A DNA stretch of 62,630 nt, counting the filler, from Sphacelaria rigidula (taxonomy: Eukaryota): assembly GCA_964200075.2 (NCBI GenBank). It is 6 parts of 6 records of this genome, joined end to end, with 100 filler letters (N's around TTAATTAATTAA, not from the genome) between each part and the next. Parts side by side here need not be neighbours in the genome. Positions count along the whole stretch, not along the records: positions 10,457 to 20,812 come from CAXNAA020006666.1; positions 20,913 to 31,267 come from CAXNAA020006667.1; 4 more parts are not named here. One strand, written 5' to 3'. This document shows positions 12,850 to 25,161 of the stretch, piece by piece. Below the pieces are notes generated by a model. It saw only the letters and a list, made by a program, of their open reading frames with translations, was not told the DNA's origin and made no database searches. Every line of letters starts with the position of its first letter. The stretch's first letter is position 1. The translations under genes and the position numbers were made by a program.

Positions 12850-13284
12850 GAACACGGGGTTTTACAAATTGAAGATGGATTTTTTGCAGGAGATGAAGAC
12901 CCGGAGAATTCTTATCTTCGTATCCACACCAAATCTTCGAAGTATGCTTCCATTTCTTCGCTTGCTGGAAGCTATTGACGACTACTACACGCCAAACAAA
13001 TTTGGATTTCGATAACCGAAATGTCGGGGTCCTAGGTGAAAAAACAATTTCGGCGTCCGGTCGGATCACCTGAATCCCCCAGAATTGTTTTTTCACCTAT
13101 GACCCCGGCATTTCGGTTATCGAAATCCAAATTTAATATGGCGTGCAGTAGTTGTCAATAGCCACCAGCAAGTGAAGAGATGGAGTCATGTTTCGAATAT
13201 TTGGCGTGGATACGAAGATTTTAATTCTCCGGGTTAACATCCCCAATAAAATATCCATCCCCCAATATGTCGGATCCCGTGTTC
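12850..13284. mobile_element. Foldback (whole-length palindromic) MITE, family F1
   Basis: GAACACGGG...CCCGTGTTC termini. Arms are reverse complements over ~200 bp, e.g. ATCTTCGTATCCACACCAAAT / ATTTGGCGTGGATACGAAGAT. Confidence 0.85.
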
Positions 13285-15249
13285 TTCTCCTTGGTTTCAC
13301 CAACGTGCGCGCCAACCTCTTGTACCAAACGATCCCCTGACTGCCGCCAGCAGGCCATTATTGATGCGTTCCTGTGGTGTGAAGCGGTGAAATTCCCTGA
13401 ATGTTCGCGCGCGGCGCACTCGGGGGTTGTTGTACTGATACCGGGAACTGCTTCCGATGGGATATGTTGCCGATGTTCGCGTCGTTTGTCCCCGAGACAG
13501 TGCTGGACCTCAAATGCTAGGAACAAGCCTTAATGCCCTTTCATCCGCATCATGGGGCTCGATGCGGGAGCCGACGGTACTATGAAGTGTAGCACGTCGC
13601 AGACCCAATTGCACCCGTTGACGCCGTGAAAAAAAAAAGGACAGAATGGACGTCAAAATGGTCAATTTTCTTCTTCTATAATAACAGGGTCTTTTTTTTT
13701 TCTATTGCTTGGGAAAGATCGTGCAAACAACACAACAATTCCTACACCGCCATGATACTGTAGAAGTCAACAGTCTCAAGTAAGCCGTGATTGTTGTATT
13801 TCTAGTACACAGGGATGTGGCGGCTCGTCTGGCATGTGCTGTTGATATTATCTACTCGGTGTGCCAAAGCATTCTTTTTTCAGTGGTGAATATGGGGATA
13901 AAGCGCGCGCAGATTGCACGGTATGTATGAGTGTTGTCGCTTTAATACGACGTTCATAATTATCTGCAAACCAGATGCCATCAATCCGTCTTATTCGGTT
14001 CTACTTCACACTACTGTAATGACGGGCAAATTCACGCGGTGAGTATGGTCCACCTCACGATGCCTGGACATACGCGCTGACTACTCTGTAGACGAAACGT
14101 GTTTTATACTTTGCGTGAAACACTGTAAATATCTTGAGCGAAAATCTAGCCTATACACGATTCCCCCTCAATAGAAGGAAATGCGATGCAACGAAATGCC
14201 TAATTTTGTCCTCCCCTTCGAGGATCATGTACGCGTTCGTCGTCAACTACCAATAGATGAAAAAAATATTACTTGTGCAGACTGTGTAACTTTGACACAA
14301 AGCTCTGTCGAGATTTCACATGGCAGGCACCCTCTCACACGAGCTTGTAGCATAATAATATACATCCAACAAGCATCAGGCACCACACTAACGATCTTAG
14401 CCGGAGGTAAGTCGATTTTTGAGAACAGCCGGATGGACAATATACTTGCAGATGACCTGGCCATTCCGATTCTGTAGTTTCAGTCGATCACCGAATGGTA
14501 TGATATACGTGTCTATAAAGCATACAGCAAGCATGTCCAGCTCTGGCCTCCGCTGCGGCGGTCTAGGCACAACTTGGGGCGGGCGGAGGTCTCCTGATCT
14601 CGAGTAACAAAGCGATGCGTAATGAAATTTGCTGCTCAACGTGTAGCAGCGGGTACGAGGTGAAGTTATTTGCTTACTGATACAAACGCAAGAATCCTTC
14701 ATCACCCCCCTCACCCCCCAGAGATGAAAAAAGTACCCCCCGCGCGCTCCAACCCTGTCTCTTTTCGTTGAACCCCTCAGGAAAACCCGCTGAAAAGTCC
14801 GACGGAAACAATATTTACAGGAATACAGGCGGCGCAAAACACGGCGAATATAGCATAGGGTGGCCAGCTCCACGGAGAATGGGGGACGCAAGAAGCATGC
14901 AGGAAATGGAGCGACGTTCCGCGGAACAATCTCATTGACGAAACTTACGACGGTACAGAAATTATAGATGAACACGTAGGCCAATGGCAGAGCGGGTAAG
15001 AGGGGAGCGGTGTACTTTCGGAGACGTTCTCGGGGACGTGCGAGTCCACGATCGTATTTATCTCATAAATAAAATAGCGACAGACACATGTATTGATTTT
15101 CCTTCAACAACACTTTTCATTTTTGCCTTTTCTCCAGCTTTCTTCAGCGAGTATGCCCATTGTTTGCCTTGGGTATGTCTATCTCGTGCCTCGGCTGGGT
15201 TTCTCGGAGATCATCAGTCATTGTGCGACCATGAAGCAATCAGACTGGC

Positions 15250-15505
15250 GCCGCGATATACCCCCCCCCCCCCCAAGGGAAGTGGCTGCCTTGAGGAGGC
15301 AAAATCTACATGTGAATCGAAATGACAAAAAAGCCAGGAACACCGAGAAGCTGGGATAAACTCCCACGCTTAGGATCGTTTTCCCCCATATCTACCACCT
15401 GAGGCGCTTCATGCAGTCTTGGACTAGCTAATGTTGTATCATGCGTAATATGAGGATTTCCTTCGTGACAGTTGTGGGGTTAGTTTGTCGGGAGGCTACC
15501 GCAGC
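15250..15505 (-). mobile_element. Degenerate MITE family M1 copy
   Basis: GAGGCAAAATCTACATGTGAATCGAAATG...GGCGCTTCATGCAG matches the M1 body. Confidence 0.6.
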
Positions 15506-15960
15506 ATCACTCTTCAATGAATCAAAATCAGTACGTTGACAAATGATAGCATGTCTACCTGTCGCTATACTACACTTCTGAAACAAACACCCCACCTCCT
15601 TCCCTGTGTCGCCGCCATGTGCGTTCGCGCACGCCTAAATCCTAATGTTCACTTGCCATAGCCTACACGTGCATCCCGGTATTCGCTCGCCATAGCCAGC
15701 GCGGAATACGTAACGTGTGCCGCTACTCCGACCACAGACATCCTTTCTGGCACATGGGCTGCCTGCTCGTTTACAGCTGATCTCCCCAAGCATTGGCTGA
15801 ATTATACAAAACATGACCTGCTGCACAATTCATTTCTTGGGCACAGCTGTCTCTTCGGGTGTGTCCTGTATTGGTGTCAGCGGTCAGTCGCCTTCCTGCA
15901 CGAAACCACAATAGATGGAGAGAAAACACTCGAATGAAGTGTTAGTCTATTTGCGCACTC

Positions 15961-16214
15961 GACACTTTCTAAGATAAGCCCTCCCCCCCCGAAGAAGTGC
16001 ACGGTTTGGGGAGGCAAAATCTTCACGTGAATCGAAACGGGAAAAGCCGAGCACAGCGAGCAGCTGAGAACTCTCACGCTTGGGTTCGTTCTCGCCAATG
16101 TCGCCAATATGAGGCGCTTCATGCAGCCTGAATCCAAACGCCAGGCGCTCTATGATCATTTTTTTCGTGACACTTTTGGGCTGGTTTGGGGGGGAGGCTA
16201 TCGTAGAAAGTGTC
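15961..16214 (-). mobile_element. MITE family M1 copy
   Basis: TIR GACACTTTCTAAGATAAGCCC / GGGAGGCTATCGTAGAAAGTGTC, flanks ACTC/ACTT. Reverse-complement match to 7010-7262. Confidence 0.82.
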
Positions 16215-16718
16215 ACTTGCAAAAATGTTATCAGGATCCAAGTGGGACCTAGAATCCAGTAACAAGTTCAGGGGATATTTGAAAAATGGATTGCTCGATA
16301 TCATTTTGCGCGAGCACTCTGATATTTACCAAGAATATGGAATGACACCCATTTGCAAAAGTTCGGCAGCATCGTTTCACCTGCGAGTCGTTTTGTACAT
16401 CCGGATTTAAAAATCGACTCAGCCCTTGACGCAAGATAGGGTCTCGGCCAACCACGCGGGACGCCGATGATAGGTTGGATGAGAACATGGACCCAAAGCA
16501 CTTGTTCGGCCTGTGACGCACACAAATGTTGTTGACAGGGCCTGAGCACAACTATTCAGCATGGGTCGTGACTCAACCCACTTCACTCCTACGTAGTACT
16601 CATGGCAGGTGCTCGGGAGTACAGACGACTTTTACAAGCGATTATTTGGACGACGACAGTGCTACGGTATTGGCTACAACGGGTGCATCGATCGACATGA
16701 GTGAAGTAGTTCTACTAG

Positions 16719-16720
<2 letters not shown>

Positions 16721-16753
<33 letters not shown>
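16721..16753. repeat. (CAA)11 microsatellite
   Basis: Read directly from the sequence. Confidence 0.95.
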
Positions 16754-16755
<2 letters not shown>

Positions 16756-19379
16756 GGGGGGGGGAGGGGGGGCACGAAACACTGGTGTCACGAGTGTGTT
16801 ACACGACCTCACACACCAGCGACGGACTTCTATATGGGTGGAAATGGTGTCAAGTGGTTTGAGAAGGAAGTTCATGTTGATAACAAGAGCATTCAAATGG
16901 ACATTGCAGCCCGCAGCGACGTTCCAAAGTGGCTTCTTTGTGTAAAAAGTGGCTCAACCTCCCCACACACACACATCCAGGCACTATCATAGGATCATCC
17001 AGTCGGCATTGGGCTCATCTTTTCAGCACCCGAGTGATGCAACGGTACGGGTGCACAACTTTTTCCTGGGGTTAGAACTGTTAGGAGCCCTTTTCTCTCA
17101 CGCAAAACACGAATCATGAAAATATGTGTGGAGAGTACGCCAAGATCACTACTCAAATGTTCTGGGGATTTCCCGAATGAAGTTGCAAACGGGGATGCCC
17201 TGACCCATATTCTTCTGCATCTAGAATTGTTAGGAGCCCCTGAACCAGACAAAATTTCGCGTAAAAAGTGCGCCCCTATCGTAGCATTGCTCACCCGTTG
17301 TGCCCTTACCTACACCACGCTTGGAAAGAACAATCTTCGAGAACGGCCCAGAGGGCAGGCGTTTCCCAAATCCGGTTGTCTTCGCGACTTCAGTACTTCT
17401 GACCATAAAAGCCACATCCTTATGGACAGAGATCGACATGACCGTCCTAACGGCATGTCATTTTCATCACCGACAGTATCATCATACTCATATACCTCAA
17501 TAATGCTTAGTTGGCAATCGTCCGCTGGGTCTTCTCATGTGTGCTCCAAGGGGTTTCGCGGTAGTATCTCATCTTCAAATTTTCACTCATGTACGTCATA
17601 TGACCAAGGGTAGGCTTCAAGTAACATAGAACTCTGACCAACTCGTAGCAAGTTCCTATTCCAATGTGCAGACAGCCCGCACATTTCGAGGTTGCGCGAG
17701 TATCTTACTATGGCCTTCTTCGCGCCAAACACACAAGCTGGCTGGTATTTACGCGATGTCACTCTCTACTACGAATGATTGTGTCGTTCACTGCGTTTGG
17801 GTTCTGGTTGGGATTAGGTGATACCACGACGCAACCATCCCCAGTCGGGCGCAGCGGTCGGAGACCAAGAGAGGATACCATACACCAGTCATGCCCGACG
17901 ACAACCATAAATGGGCTTGTTACTAATCACCACCGCCTCATAGGTCATGAAGCCCCACTTGACCTTGTGCATGCATGTCCTTCCTCCTCGCTGAACCCCG
18001 AGTAGGTTCACATCAAGACGCGTTTTTTTCGTATTTTCAGTTGGGTACTCGTAGGGCAACCTGAATTTTGGAAGGCACAATCATGGCTACGTGTTTCTTG
18101 TCTCTTGCGCCCCAAGGCAGCATGTTTGGCGAGCTCTGCATGCTATACTTCATACCATCGTTTATTCATTACTCATTCCATTGGTTTCACAACTGAACTG
18201 AATTTCGAGGGTGTCGTAAGTGCATGAAATGTGATACCTCGCAGTAATACCTGTCGTTTATTATCGCGCGATGGAGCAGCATGCGCACTCGTCACCCGTC
18301 GAAGTTGATCGTTGATGACGGTAAAAGAAATGACTAAGGCTTATTATCATGGACACCGTGTTCTCGGAGGTTTCGGAAATTTTCGAACTTTTCGAACTCT
18401 CCGCTCAGAATTTTCTGAAAAAGAAGTGTGGCTTGATCTTTTGTCCGAAATGCTTTCGGAGACTTGCGAAAAGGTCGGACTGCAACGCAAATTCTTCGGA
18501 GAGCTGCCCTATGTGTACGCTGCGACGCTCGCAAGCGTTCGAGAGTCATCAGATACCTTGCCAATCCTCCGAGAATTCGAAGATCTCCAAAAAAACAGTA
18601 TCGATAATCATGCACGGTTTGATACAAGTAAACGGCAGCCTCCAGTTCTTGTCAGCATTTGCTTAATTCTACAGTGCAGGTTGATCACTGAACTAGGCAA
18701 ATAACAAAACTTCGGTTAACGAGTACGAAATTTCACTATTATTTCGGGTGGGACCTTTCATTCTACTTACTATTTGACTGCCATCCATTTGTGCACGAGT
18801 TCGTTCATATTCATTTATTACAGGCCGATCCCTTCACATCTGTTCATAAAGTACTCAAGCTCCAAACCGTCTCACCGCTAATCTTGTAACAATCGTAAGC
18901 TCACAGCACGTGGGGAGACAGTCCAACGCAGTACAGTACACGTCGATCATCAGGATATCCTTCTTCACAGCTTCAAGTGATTCGATTTCTTTTGTTCCTT
19001 GGTGGTGTTGATAGCCAGAGTCTTCTCGAGAAGTTCTGAACACCAGGGCATCATAGCATTGCACCGATTCTTGGAAATAATCGGATTCAACGAGATGTAA
19101 GAGGCATGTTTATGTACTCCGTATCTTGACGGATTACTTAACATCCTCACCCCTGACCGCAGGTACTAGCCAGTTCCCGCGATCAGCCCTCCGGGCGCGT
19201 ATCTTCGTTCCGAATCAACGGCCCATTATTGTACTGTCCCCCTTCCCACCGCATCACGCCGCGATCCGTAACAAGTTCAGACGAATCAGAGTTCAGACGG
19301 GTTGACTCCCCATGAATATTGAACGCGGATCATGTACCAAAGAGTCATGCGGTGTGAATCACGGATGGTAAATTTGTAT

Positions 19380-19725
19380 AGTCACGTGCGATTCATGCTG
19401 CATGAACGGAGATTGGGAGGCATACACACTTGATTCACCTCGTATGAATGCAAGGCGGAGACCATGTACGTATGATTCATGCTACATGAACGGAAATCGG
19501 GAAGCATGTACGTGTGATTCACCAAGTATGAATGGAAGGTACGGAACGTGTGCCTATGACCCATGCTCTATGGATGAAAGGGGAGATACATGCACGTTTG
19601 ATTCACCTCGTATGAATGGAAGGTGGGAAACATGTATCTATGCTTCATGCCGCTGAATGGATAGAAATTGGGAAACATGTACCCATGATTCACACCATAT
19701 GAACGTGAGGTAGGAAGTATGTACC
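19380..19725. repeat. 42-bp tandem array with alternating variants (84-bp higher-order period), ~8 units
   Basis: GATTCA-like marker at 19390, 19432, 19474, 19516, 19558, 19600, 19642 and 19687, alternating GATTCATGC / GATTCACC. Confidence 0.85.
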
Positions 19726-20246
19726 TTTGACGGTGTACTGCACAAATAACGAACTGGGAATGTGTACACTCAACGTGGTCTCGTACGCATCACGAACCCA
19801 AAACAACATGTAGGAATCACAACTTGTGTACGAATCGTATGATTGATTCGTCGAAATGATGAACATGAGTCAAATCACGATTTTGTTCGTCCGAGCCGTG
19901 TAAACATGGGCCTAAGACCGTTTCTTAGCGTTTGTTTTTGAGGGGAGAGGTTGTTTTCAACTTTTGGGACATTTGTCACGATTTTGGCTCCCGATAGCCT
20001 ACAGGTAGATCTGTAGGTTACACGGGAGGATTCTCACCTCATTTTTCAGAGTCGCAATTTGAAAATTTTGATATATATATGGAGAATCGGTAGGACATAA
20101 GAAAATACAAGAAAATGAATCCCCACACCGTGATTTTCTTTCATGAGTGAGCCGCTCCTTATTATGGTGGACAAAAATGAGAATCTGGAAAAGCGCCTTT
20201 TTGAGCTTCAAAGTATGTTGTTTTGCGCCCTAAATGAGGGCTAGCT

Positions 20247-20597
20247 TGACACCTTGGAATGCTTTGCTGTTGTACTCGTTGAGATGGCTCCAGTACATCT
20301 ATCTGTGTGTTTTTCCGTTGGTGGTATAGTCTTTTTCTTGCTCAACCTTGCATTTTTCTCGGAGATCGCTCATTTTTCTCGGAGGCCGATCAATCCAGAT
20401 AAATCTCGGAAATTCTTCTGGAGAACTTGACCGCGCGGAATCCGAGAAAATGGCCGGCCTCCGAGAAAATGCGAGTTTGGGCAAGAAAAAAAATGCGGCC
20501 ATCGATCGGGAGAACGCACAGGTGTATATGTACAACAGTGTACTCTTACGCTGGAACAGTCTCAACGAGTACAGTAAGGCATCCAAAGGTGTCAAAA
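20247..20597. mobile_element. Inverted-repeat element, family F2
   Basis: TTGACACCTTGGAATGC..TGTACTCGTTGAGA is the reverse complement of TCTCAACGAGTACAGTAAGGCATCCAAAGGTGTCAA. The arm resembles ~53505-53545. Confidence 0.65.
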
Positions 20598-20739
20598 TCC
20601 GCCTATAACTTATCCTTAAGGACGTGACACGACGAGCTTCAAAACGTCACTTTCTTTCCCAGATTTTTATTCTTCTTGTCTGTCACGAGAAGCGACCTGA
20701 AGGGCAAGAAACAGTACAGTATCCAGTTTTCACCCAAAT

Positions 20740-20812
20740 GCCGGTCGCCCCGGTGGCTCAGTTGGTAACCTCGTAACCTTCTGATGGTTGAGTTGGGGGG
20801 TTCGATTCCCGG
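20740..20812 (+). mobile_element. tRNA-derived SINE head, truncated by the contig end
   Basis: A-box TGGCTCAGTTGG and B-box GGTTCGATTCC. Matches the heads at 54043-54119 and 54370-54446 (minus strand). Confidence 0.75.
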
Positions 20813-20912
20813 NNNNNNNNNNNNNNNNNNNNNNNNNNNNNNNNNNNNNNNNNNNNTTAATTAATTAANNNNNNNNNNNNNNNNNNNNNNNNNNNNNNNN
20901 NNNNNNNNNNNN
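20813..20912. other. Artificial contig-joining spacer
   Basis: N44-TTAATTAATTAA-N44. Confidence 0.97.
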
Positions 20913-22428
20913 GAAGCCTACTGATTATCTTGCATTAGGATGACAGCCTACAATGACTTGCTTTATTTTGTGGTATCGCCACTTCCAGAGACAGCCACGG
21001 CTTTTACACTGCTTCATGGGTGCGTCACCAGTGGGGCGTGAGGGGGGGAAAGGGTGGCCCAGTCCATTGCTCCCAGATTTCATTTTTCCGATATGTTTCC
21101 CCTATTTCAGGGTTTTAGATATGCTTTGGGGGGAGGTGTAGGGTAGTGCTTCTGGCCTGTGCGTAGAACTACATTCCTCTATTTGAGCCCCAGGCCCGAT
21201 CTTAGTCACAAAGGTTTGTCCTACAGTTTTGGGTCCGCTATCAAGAAATCAGAGAACCTGGCCGCAGCCTGAACTTCTTCTCCTATGCGGGCAGGAAAGC
21301 GCACTGTTCATCCTGCTTGAACCACCACACTCAGGGACGGCCCACCCTGGGGACCTTCTCAAAATTAAAAAAAGGGTCTTGCTATTTACGTCAGCGGTGA
21401 TGTACTGTGTTACATCCGCCAACATTGACGTAATCTCTTACATACGTCAGCGTTCATCATCCGTCCCACAAGCCCCGCATGGACACAGCAACATATGGAA
21501 AACACTCACACAGTCTCCAGCTATCGTTCAAGCCATCGCACGGAGCAAATGGACCCGTAGCGGATGAGATACGTGCTTATGGCAGAGTGAGCACCGCACC
21601 CCAAGCCGTGTAGGACTTCAAGGAATCGAAGTCCCAGCACCCGCCTCATAAGGACCCAGTAATCTATTGTGTACACTTGGGAATTCCTTCCCTGTCGTCG
21701 ATCCATTACACACAGCGAACAGCTGCGTAGCTGTGTTAACAGAGCCCTAGCTGCACGGTGCAGCTGCCCACAAAAAAAAATGTCAGTCCCCTTTTTCTTA
21801 AGGTCGCTTTTGTGATAGCGGGCCGGTATTGCACACGAGTTTAGTCCCCGGCACACGGCAGATTCGAGCTGTAGACCTGACTCCAGCACACCTTTCCCGC
21901 ACTTGTAACTTATCTATGGACGTCGACACACTGCCTCGACCGTAGTTCGGAGGTGCTGCTTTTACGCGCGACGCACCAGCGATCATAGGTGGGAGACACT
22001 GCCACCATATAGCACAAGAGCGATGATACGTATTAATAGAGGTATCCGCCGAAGACGAACATGTTCCATGCACGCGATACTGAGCAGATTGCAGGCTCTG
22101 ATGACATTTCATGACGACTAGTTTACGATATGAGAGGAGCACATAAAGAAGGGAGGGCCAGGCCGCGACATTCGTCGTGTCCACCTGAACAATAGCACAA
22201 CGGCAAGCTGGTGGTGCTGGATGTCTCAAAAAACAAGAATGCTCGGTGCCCAGCTTTTTAGGTTCTTGCCCCCGTATTGTCAGCGACGTTTCGCATACGA
22301 GATCTCGATTATCGACAAAAACTTCACCGTCCTTCAGGGGGTCGAAAGCAAAAAAGGTGGAAGGCTGCGTTAGACGAAACGTGCACTCGTGTTAAACTGC
22401 CGCTGGGGACAGAGTAGCGCGACCTCAC

Positions 22429-22485
22429 CTGCTCTTGCCTTAAACATAAATCCCGGTCGAAGCTCTCGAACGCTTGCACTAAGGC
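22429..22485 (-). CDS. PP2C exon (ALVQAFESFDRDLCLRQEQ)
   Basis: Matches the PPM 'AL..AF...D' helix. GTGCAG / CAG|GTGAGG borders, phase 0/0. The rest of the catalytic domain was not identified in this contig. Confidence 0.8.
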
Positions 22486-23436
22486 CTGCACGATTTCATG
22501 GGTGGGGGCCAGATGCATGAAAAAACATCAATACCTCACTCCTGAGGAGGGGGAATCATCGTTAAACCCGCGTGAGAGGCACTTCAGCATCCCTTGCGGA
22601 CGATGAACGGAGAAAAATGGGTACGGAAGGCAAAGCTGTAAAAAAAGACGAATAAACGAAAGACACCCTCGTAGGCTTGCGGGAGTACAGAAATATCCAC
22701 TTCGATACAACCAACCGTACGGTCGAGAACACATACATAGCACGTGGCGAAACCTCCACGAACGGACAGTGAAGGAACTTGCTTCATCGCGTAAAACTCG
22801 TGTTGTCAATATCTGCCTTCCGGGTCGAATCCCACTGTTATAGCATGATTGTCTACCATGTGACCACGGCTGGATCCCTGGGGGGTCATTTCAAGTGCGG
22901 CAATCAATCAGTCAATGACCGAGGTGCTTTTGGTCCGATATCTCACGGAAGGGTTCTGTTCGCGCCTTGATGGTGCAAGGGGGCATTCGAGCAGAAAATA
23001 TCCTGCCAGGTCTGCTGCATATGAGAGAACGGCGTTTTTGTGTCCGGAGTCGTGGCGATCTGCTACACTAAAAAGGGACAACAAAAAGGGGACAAATCAC
23101 CACAAACTCGTGTCGGGGGTCTATCACCCTGCTCACAATGGTACCACCGACAGAAAATTTCACTTGCTCGTCGACTAATCAGTACGTCTACGGGTTCGAA
23201 GTCCGACTTCGTCATCACGAAAAAAAATAAAATGACTCAAACCAGCTAAATAGGGACGAAACGTCTCGCAAATGGTCAAGGATATAGCAAAGCAAGGTCC
23301 AACACACATACGGGCCAAACACTTTCCAACGACGTTCGTTCTGTTCACCCGATCCGGCGTGTGCCTATGGAGGACCCCATATCATTTTGCAAAGAACAAG
23401 AGAGTGTTAGAGTGAACGAGTCGGCGAAAACGGTAC

Positions 23437-23556
23437 CTTTTCCGGCGATTGATGGAACATCGGCTGTCTGGCGATGGCAACGTGGATTCCCGCGGACAGC
23501 GCGTCGGCGCACAACTGGCCATTGTGGCCATCGAACACGCCGAACAGCGCGAATTG
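23437..23556 (-). CDS. PP2C exon containing motif 2 (FGVFDGHNG)
   Basis: QFALFGVFDGHNGQLCADALSAGIHVAIARQPMFHQSPEK carries the canonical PPM DGH metal-binding motif. TTCCAG / AAG|GTACCG borders. Confidence 0.88.
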
Positions 23557-24047
23557 CTGGAACAGGTACGGTCTGTCCACCTTCATGGTATGCACAGCAA
23601 AAAGGGCAAGCGTACAACAGTAACTGTTGTCGTGACAAAGCATCACACGCCAACGCCCAATCGCATGCAACAGTAGTAATTACGGTCACGGAGAATGATA
23701 CGTGCAGGGGACTCCAGTCATGTATTGTTGCTCAGTACCATGGTTTTACTGTTTTATAGACCGACAAGACGAAGGCGTCATCATGAGCTTTTGGGCTCGA
23801 TGATCGCGACGCTCCCGAACCTCACGCCGTTTTCTGCACAGCTGCTGGAGTACCTATACCACGTGTGTTGTTGACAAGACAGTCGTAGCTGTCGACAATC
23901 TAGAGTGTAGTGTTTGTCCGTAAGAAACATTCCTGTCGTATAACGATGAAAGTAGACGTTGAGTGCTAGCGACAGGATTATATTATAAAAATCTAGATCC
24001 CCGAAAGTATGTTAGGTTGTAGATCGTGTATTATTGGGCAGCGACAC

Positions 24048-24128
24048 CTCAGGGTACTCCACCCGCGCCCTTTCAATTTCCCACCACCCCTCCGGCCAAA
24101 GTCCACATGACTTTGGGCATGCAGCCGA
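24048..24128 (-). CDS. Possible PP2C exon (SAACPKSCGLWPEGWWEIERARVEYPE)
   Basis: 27 codons, phase 0/0, CAGTAG acceptor, weaker donor GAG|GTGTCG. Confidence 0.4.
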
Positions 24129-24348
24129 CTACTGTAGGCAATCCTCATTGTATCAGGCATCGACCGTACAGTGTATTTCTATGTTCTGCTCTGGGCTCGT
24201 CTTCTCCTCCCTTTTCTGTTTCCTCCAGATCTCGAAAAAATGCAGGTCACATTTATTCCCGTTGGTGTTCATCTGCAAGTCTTGCGAGCCTTATCTCGAC
24301 CCGTCGCGGGCCGGGACAAGACTCGTCTTTTTTTTATGGGGGGGAGGG

Positions 24349-24437
24349 AGGGGGGCGTACTCATTTGTTGCTTGCCTTAGTCGTTTGACCACTGACCACG
24401 CATCCCTTTCGAGACGGAGCACCGTTCCTACTCCCAT
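24349..24437 (+). repeat. Dispersed repeat family R (G-run-GTACTCAT head)
   Basis: TTGCTTGCCTTAGTCGT.TGACCA.TGACCACGCATCCCTTTCGAGACGGAGCACCGTTCCTACTCC, also at ~61330-61462 (minus) and ~51590-51700. Confidence 0.7.
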
Positions 24438-24867
24438 TGTCTTATCATTCGGGGGGGGGAATTCAAACCAGAAGAGCTGGGAGAGCTGCAGGAGCTGCAG
24501 GAGCTGGAAGAGGTGGAAGATGATAACATGCTATCATGTAGAAACGATGATATCTTGTGTAGAACAGGCCATAACACCCACCTTTCCACGGTTCAAACGA
24601 ATCACCGCCGGTTCAATAAACCAAATCCACGGTTTTTCAGGCGTGATTGCTCGAAAGAGAGAGAGAGAAAAAAAACGTTGACCGCTGCCCCCGAAGAGGT
24701 CTCGCACGCATTTTTTGCGGCATCCCACGTGCCTGGACTGCGCGTACCTACCTAGGTTGCAACGCTGAAAACAAAGCCTAAGTATTGATTCATACGGTAC
24801 GAATCAATTACACTAAAATCGAGTAATTTCCAGACGAATCAGTCATTAATTCGCTCGACCGTCGCAC

Positions 24868-25161
24868 CTTTCCCATCAAGGCAGCCGCCAACTCTGCGGC
24901 TGATTGAAGTCGGTCCTCTTGGCTAGGGCGCTTCCCCTGGCGCTGCGACGCGGCCGCCACAAGCCCTAGGCGAGCGTTGGACCCTCCTGGAAGTGACGAT
25001 GCTGATGCTGATGATGATGACGATGACGGAGGAGACCACACCACCGAAACCCCTTGCAAGCTGCAGTCTGGTAATGGCAGCGTGGGTGATGATAGTGGTG
25101 ACAATCGGCTGCCATCGCCGCCGCTGGCGGAGGGTCTTTGTTCGCCACCGTGATATCGTGG
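24868..25161 (-). CDS. Protein phosphatase 2C (PPM family) exon containing motif 1 (QGKRPSQEDR)
   Basis: 98 codons with AG/GT borders. QGKRPSQEDR matches the PPM G-x-R-x-x-(M)ED motif. Confidence 0.8.

Noticed and set aside
18312..18704. 130-aa ORF MTVKEMTKAYY...
   Set aside because: It overlaps a TTCGAA-rich, weakly inverted-repeat segment that is open in several frames, and has no recognisable motif.
19380..19725. CRISPR-like appearance of the palindromic 42-bp array
   Set aside because: Units are contiguous and degenerate, with no unique spacers, no cas genes and a eukaryotic context.
21798..22229. Candidate next PP2C exon (VDTTNVAAW...)
   Set aside because: The acceptor is plausible, but the peptide lacks the expected G(S/T)TA motif and no convincing donor was found.
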